A DNA stretch of 64,000 nucleotides. Origin: Tubiluchus corallicola. Lineage: Eukaryota > Animalia > Priapulida. How positions within the stretch are numbered: the first letter of the stretch is position 1; every line of letters begins with the position of its first letter. The DNA is taken from positions 248,001 through 312,000 of the forward strand of contig JAQGDQ010000176.1 in NCBI GenBank assembly GCA_030141605.1. The letters run 5' to 3'. The notes under the pieces were generated by a model. The model did not search any database. It was not told where the DNA came from and worked only from the letters and a program-made list of their open reading frames with translations. The translations under genes and the position numbers were made by a program. Below are positions 54,254-64,000 of this stretch, piece after piece.

Positions 54254-54690
54254 CTGCAATCAATAAAAATTAAATATTTGCAAACGCAAGAGTCTCAGTC
54301 ATTTATTGAGATCTGTAACAGCCTGAAAACCACATTTTCAATGACAATTTTAATATTGTGAACTGTAATTTAAAAACTGAATGGAAGATACAGATTTTGC
54401 ACATTTGCAGTGGAAAGGAAACCAGTTGCAGAGGAGTCGTCATTTAAATTTTCTGATTTTTGGAACATAAGACTCAAGTAGTTATTGTTATCACTGGAAG
54501 CCAGTATACAAAAGTCTAGTAAACAAGAGAACACACTTTAATCCACTACTACTTGTAATAACTACTCTTTAAAAGATATAAGAGCAACCATTAATCATGC
54601 ACAAATTCTTAAAGTCAGAGATTTCGACACTCAGAAGTCTCGTACCAGAGTATTAAGTCAGCAAAGCCCAAATAGTAAAAAGAAACTTAC

Positions 54691-54822
54691 AGTTAATAGC
54701 ATGATACTTGGCGGCTTCATCGGATAATCTGGTGGAAGAATAATTCTTCCATGGTAAACACCTCCACCAAACTCTGTATCTGGTGGTCCTCGCACTGTGA
54801 AATGCCACTCAAACAAATTATC
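54691..54822 (-). CDS. UBE2J1: UBE2J1 exon 3
   Basis: DNLFEWHFTVRGPPDTEFGGGVYHGRIILPPDYPMKPPSIMLLT; GT-AG, phase 0-0. Confidence 0.97.
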
Positions 54823-55682
54823 CTGGCAGAGAAGAAATAATTAATTGAGAGAGAAATATCAAAATTTTTACTAAATATTTTTAACCTTTACTAATTTTAT
54901 GCATCAGAAAATTAATATCTTGAGGAGTAAAAACTGAGCACTGCTTTTAAAACAATTATGCCATATTATTTTATTCAAATGCTAATAATTGTCTCAATAC
55001 ACAGTAGCTGGCAGTATTATTACTGTATACTTTTTAGTGTACCTGATACTATATCATATATTTTGCAGTTAACATATACGTCAGAGTTCTAGCAAAAACT
55101 ACAAACAAACAAGTATGTTGATAAAGGCAGAGCTTAAAAGCTTTACAAGCCTTAATTGGAGCATTATAATGACTTATGTAAGTTATCCTTGAATGATTAC
55201 TTATGATCGCATGTTTCTACAAATACACTGTAACATGTACTTCTACATATGCCTACACATGGGTAGCAGTTGATATCACAGTAACAGCTGTCACATTCTC
55301 ATGCTGGTAACAGTATACAATACATTGCAGGGTATTACCACCTGCTTATGAACTATAGGCAAATCTTTGCCAATTGGACATCGTTAAGTTCTTAACAACA
55401 TTAAACTGGTGTACAATCGTAAATAATTCAACTTTCTACAGGAGCTTATTGATAAAAGTTGTCAACAATAGAACAGAAAACTCTTCCTATTGCTTAATAG
55501 GCAAGCTTATATAAATCTATTCAGCAAACTAAACAGTGCCAACAATGGTTGAGCAGTAGAATACAAGGGCACTGAGGAAGACCTGTGCAACAAGCAAAAC
55601 AGCTAGAAACAAGTTTGTCATTTTTACAGAGTCTATACACCTTCAATACTAAGTCATAAATAATTTATTTATACAAACAAAC

Positions 55683-55756
55683 CTCCAAAGGCTGAGCAAA
55701 ATATTGTTCTGTTGGTTCTCTAAGCTCCTGGGCCTCTTTCATCAGCCTTTTTACAG
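55683..55756 (-). CDS. UBE2J1: UBE2J1 exon 2
   Basis: AVKRLMKEAQELREPTEQYFAQPLE; GT-AG, phase 1-0. Confidence 0.96.
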
Positions 55757-55844
55757 CTGAAACACCACAAATCATTCCATTTAATCAGTGATAACAGATA
55801 TTTAGCAATGAAATTAAAAAGGTAGTCACATAAGACACCTATGA

Positions 55845-56484
55845 TAGGGTTGCCATCACTTCTGAAATTCAGCCATACATCTGTAGTTCAGCCAAATTTT
55901 TAAGAAATTCTATGATCTCCTGTTTTCGACTATCAGACTGAAATTTAAGTGGTTAAATGGAAATACATCTTGCATACTCTTAAACCGTTGCATAAAGCTA
56001 AGCTAAAACAGCTGAGTCTTTGTTACATAAAACACTGACCTCATTAAATTAAGTTTAAATGGTAACATGACTTCATCACTTAACATTGTCTACATTTTTC
56101 GCCAACTTATGCTGCAGCTGCAATGCAAATATCCGTCTGGTTTAGCTTTAATTCACTAACATAAACCATCTTATCTTATCTCCATAAATGTCAAAAACGT
56201 AAAAACTGTAGTGGGATTGAGAAGGAACTTCAAAAATTGATGTACACTGTTTACACTTTTGCAAATTTTAGGGTTTCAAAGCTTTTTAGAGTCTAAAATC
56301 AAGAACTTTGTTCTACTTTGTGGTTTAAATTTCTTGATTTTTGTTTCTAAAGAAGGCCTCATAAAATGTCTAAAATATAGGAAAAGCGTTGGTTTTCGGG
56401 GCTCAATCCCAGACCCTGACCAGGTCCGACCCCGTAGCTGGCTCTCAGCTCCTGATTTCAGTTTGTGACCAGGTGGCAAACCTA
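55845..56484. mobile_element. hAT-like MITE in UBE2J1 intron 1
   Basis: Termini TAGGGTTGCCA and TGGCAAACCTA; near-identical flanks CCTATGA / CATATGA as a possible TSD. Confidence 0.65.
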
Positions 56485-56499
56485 CATATGATGCAGCTT

Positions 56500-56740
56500 G
56501 ACACTATACTCCTCCCACTTAATTCCTGTTGATCCAGATAAGAGATCACACCATTCCTTAATATTCAACTACATTTCAGCCTCACCATCACACATAAATT
56601 TTCATTCTTCCCACACACAATCTCATAATGGAATAATCTCTCGAGTAAAGCCATGGACAGCAAATTTGTTGATTCATTTAAGGACTACATCTCCGTTCAT
56701 CATTCGTGTTAGTATCCACCAGTACACATTCCCATAGCAG
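56500..56740 (+). mobile_element. LINE (L2/CR1 group) ORF2 3' fragment
   Basis: ...RSHH...FSFFPHTIS*WNNLSSKAMDSKFVDSFKDYI, matching the SFFP.TI..WN.L......FK C-terminal motif. Confidence 0.7.
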
Positions 56741-57575
56741 TAATATCTGTAATTGCAGCTAGCTGATTATTTGACCAGAACTGGAAGGGTTTAATTTACC
56801 AATGGCATTTTGAGTTATGTTTCAATATTTTTAAACTCACCTTTTGACTAACCTGCTGTTTTTTAACGAAAATATAAAAAATAGACATAACGCATTAAGC
56901 TGATGTAATAAACACAAGTAATACTTAATTGTATGTTAGCTAATCGGCTAACCCCATCCTTTATAAAACTTAGTAGGATTTCATACCCAATGCAATAATC
57001 AGAGTAAGAAAAACAGCAACTAATGTGGCTGATAAGAGCAGCAAGCATCAAAATAGTCGTAATTTCACCTTTGTTTTTCTAGCAATTGTAGACAGAGAGT
57101 TTTAATTTTTCTACCTTTAGCTAATAGAAGTGACTACAACACCCTAGAAAACAGGAGCTGTTGGCCTACTTATATGACAATTTGCATACAAAAAAGTTAC
57201 TTAACTTATTTTCTACATTATGTGGCAGAGATGATGAAGACAGCAGGGCTACTGACTGTATGTAAATTTTTTGTATTAATTTTTTTACACTGTTATGAAA
57301 TAATATAACCACCAACAGTGTATCTGTACCAGTATTAGCTTAGAATTGTAACAGTTACTGTGCTTTCTGCATTCATCTTCTGAAATGAATGCCTAAAATT
57401 GCCTATTTACTTCCTTAGTGAAAAGGTGCCAAGCTCCGAACTATGACCAACACGTGAAACTAATACGGAATCGGTCATAATGAAATATAAGAAATAAAGT
57501 AGGAATATTTAATTATCTAATTTTATCTTAATAAAGCCAAAGGTCTATATTAAACATCGTTTTTAACTTTCTTAC

Positions 57576-57606
57576 CTGGACACCTAAGGCTATATCGTCC
57601 CTCCAT
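57576..57606 (-). CDS. UBE2J1: UBE2J1 exon 1 (start)
   Basis: ATG at 57606, MEGRYSLRCP (human METRYNLKSP), donor G|GTAAG. All seven exons sum to 993 nt = 330 aa plus stop. Confidence 0.93.
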
Positions 57607-57739
57607 GAATTTATCAACAAGTTCTACAATAAATCACTATTAATTTTTTTTATTTTTCTTGAAAAGTACAATTTCTACAAAAACTGACGATAAACACGAA
57701 CAAAGTAGGAAGAAATTTAGAACTGTACAAATTAGTGAG

Positions 57740-57800
57740 TGACTATCGTGAGTCACTGTTTATCAACGTTCCGTATTTCTATTGGCTATAGCCATTCCCT
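57740..57800 (-). promoter_or_regulatory. Probable UBE2J1 promoter (CCAAT box)
   Basis: CCAAT on the minus strand at 57781-57785 inside the palindrome TGGCTATAGCCA, ~175 nt upstream of the ATG. Confidence 0.45.
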
Positions 57801-58119
57801 CTCATTGCAACGAATATTAGGAAATCTGTCCTTGAAAAAACGTCCCTGAGCGATTATAATTATAGTGTTATACACTGGTTAAAATTTAACTAGATGTTAA
57901 TTCGTTTATGTAGGCTTATTTTTGTCATTAGTATTCCAATGTATTAACTAACAAGTGTCATTCTACAAAACGTTGGTTCGGCCAAAGGTTGAACATGCAG
58001 CAGTAGACTGTACAGTATACTTAATTTTAGTTAGTCAACTACAACAAATTTAGAGGCGTTGGCTTCGAGTTATGACAGATGAGCAACCTGAAGATGTCTC
58101 CCCACTGTAACTGAGATGC

Positions 58120-58450
58120 AAAATCATAGACCTTATATTGTTGCAAATTTTGAATGCGTTGACCATTATAACTTCTTCATTTCGAATTACCATTACTGTG
58201 CTCTAGATGGACATTAAATTTTGATGAAATTATTCCACTGTTTCTATCATATGTACTAACAATAGAGGATATTTTTTCTGGAAAGAAGTGTTCTCTGCTG
58301 GAATGCCTTGCCAGATGACTCGGTTATAGGCCCCAAATGTTAGCATCTTCAAAAGCAATTTGATACCTTAAGTAAAACCTTTCCCCAATGGTCTTCACCT
58401 CAACCCAAAACTGAATTTTTCTTGTATATTACATGTATTGTAATAAAACA
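58120..58450 (+). mobile_element. CR1-like LINE 3' fragment
   Basis: Frame-shifted ...TNNRGYFF....CWNALPDDSVI.PNVSIFKSNL, matching the R..FF..RV...WN.LP..V.A.SV..FK..LD motif; AATAAA at ~58442. Confidence 0.65.
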
Positions 58451-58574
58451 TAAAGGTACCTGCGTGAATCAAATTTCAGTACTTTCTGTGCTTGTCTTAG
58501 CTAGAGTTTCCCACTTTTGTCTTTTCATTACAAAATCTTTGAAACCCTACCCAGTCAAGAATATGATGTCGAAG

Positions 58575-59205
58575 TGATTTCACAGTGACCTCATGCTTGA
58601 GCTCATAATGAGACCAAAATCATGAACTCGTACTGAGCTAAATTTGTAACCATGTTTTAGATCACACTGACCTCATGCCATGACATCATGCTGATCTGAA
58701 GTCATGAGCTCACAGAGACCTCGTGGTTATGGGCTCAGGACCACCTCTCTACTATAAATTCAGTGTGGCCTAATGCTTATGATAATGAGCTCGTACAGAT
58801 CTCATAATTATGAGCTCAGCTAGACCTCATTTTTATGAGCTCATAAACACCTCATAATTATGAGTTCAGTATGACCTCACTACTATGATTTCAGTATGAC
58901 CTAACGTTTATTATAATTCTCAAGAAGATCTCATAGTCACGAGCTCAGTACGATATCACCACTATGATTTCAGTATGGCCTAATGTTTATTTTAATTAGC
59001 TCATGAAGATCTCATTGTTGTGAGCTCAGGATAACTTCATTTTGTGAGTTCATAAAGATCTCATAATTATTAGCTCAGTATGATATCGCTATGTTATGAT
59101 TTCAGTATTGCCTAATGTTTATGCTAACGACCTCATGCAGATTTCACAGTTATGAGTTCAGTATGACAACAATGCTTTGATTTCAGTATGTCCTAATGTT
59201 TGTGA
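58575..59205. repeat. ~24-bp palindromic minisatellite with higher-order organisation
   Basis: Unit ~GACCTCATAATTATGAGCTCAGTA; perfect palindrome CTCATAATTATGAG at 58801 and 58851; block TATGATTTCAGTATG.CCTAATGTTTAT recurs at roughly 80-130 bp spacing. Confidence 0.9.
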
Positions 59206-59328
59206 TGAACATGTGACAAATTAAAGAAAAGACAAAATCAAAAGTTATTCTGTTTTACATGACTAAATTTTGTATTTCACTACACTAAATGAATATATAT
59301 TGCATAGAAACATATCACAAAACGTATA

Positions 59329-60230
59329 TCAAAGTGAAAGTCGGTAATGCGGCATGATTTCTTGTAAATTTTCTTTGTTCTTTGACTTCATCCTACAAGT
59401 TGCATTGGAAAGAAAGACTTCAAACTGTTTTCCGATTTCCATGTTAACCGTTGTAATTGCTTCTGTCTGTGCGCTCTTCACTTTCAGTTCGTTTGTATTG
59501 TGAAAATGCTTGACCGCCGCTGAAACAAAGAAGTATAATTATGATGGTTACTCTCGATTAGGATTAGACAGAAAATTAACGCTAGAAAATTAACAATTGT
59601 ACAAAACAATCCATTTTGCTTCTTAATTTAACATGCTGGCCAATAACGCATGAAAAATCTTTCTGAAATACGTTTTTTTAACTGATTCAATTATGAGACG
59701 AAAACCTAAATTTTACCCTATGGTAACATTTCAGCACCTTACCATTAGATGAGGTTTGAGATTCATTATAAGTATAATTAGTGTTGTTATAAGTAATCCT
59801 CTCAAAATGGAGCGAACCATCTTTCCGACATTTTTGCTCCCAACTCTCTGAACCAGATGAGCAACCTAAATGTAAAGATAATGAAAACAAGTGCTATGGT
59901 ATTGTAAATTTAAAGGAGTGAATTAGCCACTATTTCCTTGTGCAAAAAATATAAAAAAATAAGCATATCAACCACGATCACATGCTAACAATTTAAGATG
60001 TCATATTAATGGACCATTTTGTTTGTCTTTTATACAATGTGACATGTAACAGTGTAAATCATTTTTTTGGTCAAAATAAATACATGTTTAAACCAAATCC
60101 TAAGTAATTTTCCTACATATATATCCATTTCACAAACTTCGTCATCTTCACAACTGTAACTCTGGTCTGGTTGCAAATGCTCCATTAGAGATTCATTCTG
60201 CTGTTTAACATTCATTCTGCTCGCCACTCG
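59329..60230 (-). pseudogene. Spliced DUF4806/BEN-like pseudogene (exons ~60230-60117, 59865-59743, 59519-59329)
   Basis: GT-AG exons read ...EDDEVCEMDIY | VAHLVQRVGSKNVGKMVRSILRGLL(fs)... | AAVKHFH...TTVNMEIGKQFEVFLSNATCRMK...*. One frameshift is needed; family call is from motif recall. Confidence 0.45.
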
Positions 60231-60429
60231 CTAGCTTTTTTTGCATTTAAAACCAGATAAAGCAAAAGTAGCAAGTATTTTGCTGCAGAAACACATTTTG
60301 CAAGCATCAATGAATCACCGGAAAACAACTTGATTCGCTTAATTAAGGTGTTGTGCACTTAAGGCTGTAAACATAGATTGTGTTATTACCTATGCCAAAC
60401 TTAAAAATTAAACAACTATTTCCAGAGGT

Positions 60430-60500
60430 TGTCGCAACCCCCCCCCCAAATTGGTGCCCTAGGCAACTGCCCAGTTTGCTTGGTGGTAGACCTGGACCAT
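60430..60500. mobile_element. End fragment of a hAT-type MITE
   Basis: CCCCCCCCAAATTGGTGCCCTAGGCAACTGCCCAGTTTGCTTGGTGGTAGACCTGG resembles the GCGCCCTAGGCA..TGCC...GGCCCTG end of such MITEs. Confidence 0.4.
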
Positions 60501-60914
60501 TTCCATATATGTGTCACATAATTCTCACAATGAGCCTTGAATACACTTTTATTTCAGAATTCTGCCTGACCAATGTCTGCAATAAATTAGTCACATCAAG
60601 CATATTGGCTATCATGCTCACACCGTTGTGACACAAACATGCTCACAGAAAATCGGGACACCAGTATATGTCAAAAAACGACAGTCTTAGTTAACAACAT
60701 TACAACTGTTGTCCAACCAGCAGAAAAACTGACTGTAGTTTTTTGCACACAATAATTTTCAGAGCAGCAGTGATTTTTACATGAAATTAAAACTTCAAGT
60801 AGCCAAATAGTTTTTATTTTGTGTCAATTTACTAAAGACAAGTCATAATAAAAATTAAGCTGTATAAGGTTAAAAGCCTATTTTGTTCACCAATAAAAAA
60901 CAAAAAGAGAAAAA

Positions 60915-60931
60915 CAGACAGACAGACAGAC

Positions 60932-60993
<62 letters not shown>
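60915..60993. repeat. (GACA)n/(GA)n microsatellite
   Basis: Direct. Confidence 0.97.
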
Positions 60994-60996
<3 letters not shown>

Positions 60997-61399
60997 TGTC
61001 TCCCTCTCTAAATTGACAGAATTACACCAGATGGCGGATGTGACAAAATATAAATCCACAAGTTTTCATAGGGACCTAGTTGAATTTTAAATAATGAGGG
61101 TTATGATTATTCTTCATATTTGGCAAGTGCCTATTGCTGATGTGGAATCATAATACTTTTCTAAGTCCTCCCGGCGACGAAATTCCAATAACAACTCACA
61201 AAAGCGTAGGAGTCGTGCCACGCCAGCCTGTAACGAAAGCTGTGGCGGTGCATTTTTACTAGGCATATATTGTGATAAAAATACATGGCGCTTTCCAGGT
61301 GAGCTGTTAATGGCTGTTATGCTGATGTACTGTTATACTATTATAGGTATTAAGCGAGGACACTCATAGAAACCCCGTATTTTTCCACAAAATAGTTGG

Positions 61400-61591
61400 T
61401 ATTAGCATGATTAAGCGCTATGTGATATCGAGAAATGCATCAGTAATTATTCCTCTCTATAAAGCTGTTGTTCGACCCATTCTGGAATATGCATCAGTTG
61501 TATGGTCACCCCAGGATGCTACTCTCGAGAATGCTCTCGAAAGAACCCAGGATAGATGTTCTCGTCTTGCTATGAATTTGGATCCCCCTTC
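61400..61591 (+). mobile_element. LINE (CR1/L2 group) post-RT fragment
   Basis: PLYKAVVRPILEYASVVWSPQDATLENALERTQDRCSRL, the LY...VRP.LEY...VWSP...LE..Q motif; ends abruptly at the Gypsy LTR. Confidence 0.85.
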
Positions 61592-63175
61592 TGTTATATT
61601 TGTACTTCCTTATTATTTTAAACACGAAATGGGTTTCATTTATCTAATAAGAAACAAGTTTAATCTATAGACTATAGTAATAGTATTACTATTAAGCCTC
61701 GCGGCCATAAACCGAACAACCTCTAACCATCCGCACTACTATGGTATTCATACGCAATATTATCAATACTTGACATCTCTTTCCTTTTTAGACAGAAACC
61801 TAAATTGCTAATGAAAAGTCTGTTATCTAGAACTAACACAATTTTGGCGACATCTTACCAACACAATATTATAAGTAAATAAACTTACAAATAAGTGAAC
61901 ATCACACTTGAAACTAATTACTTGATATGTCTAAATTTAAATCCTGTAAGCTGTTAATGTAAATTGTAATTGAACGAAAATACACATTGTAAACTAGTTT
62001 AATTAAGTATATAATCGTTAAACTTCATGGGTCTCTTTTTAATCGTCTGTGATCTTCTGACGGAAATTTATAATTTCCATTCTCAGCTTCCATATCAGTA
62101 CTAATAGATATGTCAGAAGGGGTCAGAAGTCTGATCTGTCGGAGATGATTGTGTACTTGTCTCATCTCTCCTACTCCGGAATCTCTTTTTCAAACTGTTA
62201 AGTGTTAATTTCTCACTACTCACAGCAGCAATTTCGGTGCCAATTTTCAGTACTCCCAATTTTGTTGCAGTTTCCTCACCCAACAATGGAACACCTTCGC
62301 CATGGATTACAACAAATTCAGCATCTGTCCATTTTTGACCAGTTTTAACTTCACATGTGAATGTTCCTTTAATCGATAGAGGCTCCTTTGAAGCATAGGT
62401 ATACAGCTTTCTTCCAGATGAAGCCACGCATGATTTGTATTTTATTTTATTTCGCTTTAAGTTTTCCCACGTCTTTTCATCAAAAAGATTGCTAGTAGCA
62501 CCAGAGTCCACCATTGCCTCCATGTCTACACCACCTGCATTGACAGTTATCATGTTTGTTTTCAGGCGATCTTGTATTACAAAAACATAGTGACAGTTTT
62601 CATCATCCGAATCATTTTTCACTTGATTAACATTAGCATATTTGGTCCCAGTTTTATTCAACTTATTTAATTTAGTCTTGCATACCTTGGCAAAATGATC
62701 TCTGCCAGCACACTTTTTGCATGTTTGACCTTTGGCTGGCCAATTTGGGTCACGTCCGTAATGATAGAGCGATCCACATCTGTAGCAGGCTCCAGAATTT
62801 TTCTTCTTTCCCGGGGAGTTACGTTGTGCAAATTTTTGCGACTTCGCGTAATTATGCTTTTTGCTGCGCACTAGATTGCAACTGTCTTTTTCAGCGGAGT
62901 ACCCACTAACGATGTCATCTGAGAGTCAACTTTCTCACATTTATTTGCAATATCTAACACATTAGCAAGCATTAAGTCTTTGTCAGTTTCTAATAACTTA
63001 CGACAAATGTAATCCGAATTACACTTACACAGCACAGCGTCACGAATCTGACTGCCTGAATCACCGCAGAATTTGCAATCACGTGCGGTAGTCCGTAGAC
63101 GAGTAACAAACTGAAGTACGGTCTCTCCTTGTTTCTAGTTTAACTGATGAAAAGTCTGTCGAGCGAATGCTGGAC
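61592..63175 (-). mobile_element. Ty3/Gypsy LTR retrotransposon remnant (gag-protease pseudogene, RT/RH/IN core deleted, 3' LTR 61592-61775, 5' end truncated)
   Basis: Gag ARQTFHQLN*KQGETVLQFVTRLRTTARDCKF...QIRDAVL...RKLL; knuckles CYRCGSLYH and CKKCAGRDHFAKVC; protease VDSGATSN; integrase-tail VRRSQTIKKRPMKFNDY; PPT AAAAAGGAAAGAGA then LTR TGTCA...TAACA. Confidence 0.9.
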
Positions 63176-64000
63176 TAAGTAGACATCTTGTTTTTCTTTT
63201 TACTTTGTCATTTTTGTTATTGTTAACTTTTTTTGTGAAACTGTTATTGATAGTTGTGATAATATGACCTGTTCTGATTTATCTAAACCCACTAAAAAGT
63301 AAATAAAAATGGTAAAAATAATCATAATCTTTTCCTCCATTTCATATGAGATTTGTTGTTGGAATGTTTGAAATCTATGTATGCCATGGTCAACATGGAA
63401 AACCATAATGCCTAAGTAGACCCCCGTAAAACGTAACATCAAGCCTTAGACCCGCTGGTTTTTCAAGTGAGCCGACATTGCAACCTCTCTAAAGACATAT
63501 TAATTATACCTGTGTCGTTGAATTTTTGATTCATATGCCTTGTTGCCCTCTGGAAAATTGTAGGACAACAACTGCCCACGTATATTGCACAACCCTTTTA
63601 TTGTGAATAAAAGATGACGCGACAGGTTAGTCAGATTTGTGGATGAGTTGGGAGGTAAAGAGTTGCACCCTCACCATAAAAATCTACTAGCTCCCAACAA
63701 CATAGATATAGACAATTTGTTTTTCTTTTCTCAAGTACATTATGCAACAAATCAGCAATTACAAATGGGTAAGACATCATGTTAGTGATGCAGAAGAAAG
63801 GGCAGTGAGGGACCATATGGGCCATTGAGTTTACTGCCCCAACTCGTAATAAAATTGATATAGCATAATGCATTAGGGGACACTACTACAGCTTGGTTTA
63901 CAAAATTAACAAATGTGTAAATATATGTTGTTAGGCGCTTCAAAGAGTTAGTATTAGTATTATAAGCTTATTAAAAATATCACATCATTGTGTTTTGCGT

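Larger units (their letters stand above)
58550..60240 (-). mobile_element. Probable CACTA/EnSpm-like (CMC) transposon remnant: CCCAG end, subterminal satellite, cargo pseudogene (right end not found)
   Basis: TA-CCCAGTCAAGAA at 58548-58561, immediately followed by the tandem array and then minus-strand exons. Family assignment is inferred from this layout. Confidence 0.45.

Noticed and set aside
58575-59205. CRISPR-like palindromic repeat array
   Set aside because: Units are contiguous and diverged with no unique spacers; no cas genes; the context is clearly eukaryotic.

Overview
AT-rich, intron- and repeat-rich animal (invertebrate-like) genomic DNA; no prokaryotic features, no CRISPR, no rRNA. 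Two convergent multi-exon genes can be assembled by hand with frame-compatible GT-AG junctions. (1) On +, a ~46 kb gene (probable promoter ~1700, coding 4254-46065) encodes a signal peptide, two tandem CUB domains (SOL-1/'suppressor of lurcher'-like) and a hydrophobic, possibly GPI-type C-terminus. It has several small phase-1/1 cassette-type exons, one extremely basic and preceded by four TGCATG (Rbfox-type) motifs. (2) On -, a complete 7-exon UBE2J1 (Ubc6-type ERAD E2), 57606-51936, 330 aa. The rest is introns and intergenic DNA with Tc1/mariner remnants and MITEs, a hAT-like MITE, LINE 3' fragments, a tRNA-like repeat, a CCCAG-ended element carrying a palindromic 24-bp satellite and a spliced DUF4806/BEN-like pseudogene, an internally deleted Ty3/Gypsy element inserted in a LINE fragment, and many microsatellites. 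A possible first exon of a third gene lies at ~61285. All calls are by eye; no database searches were run.
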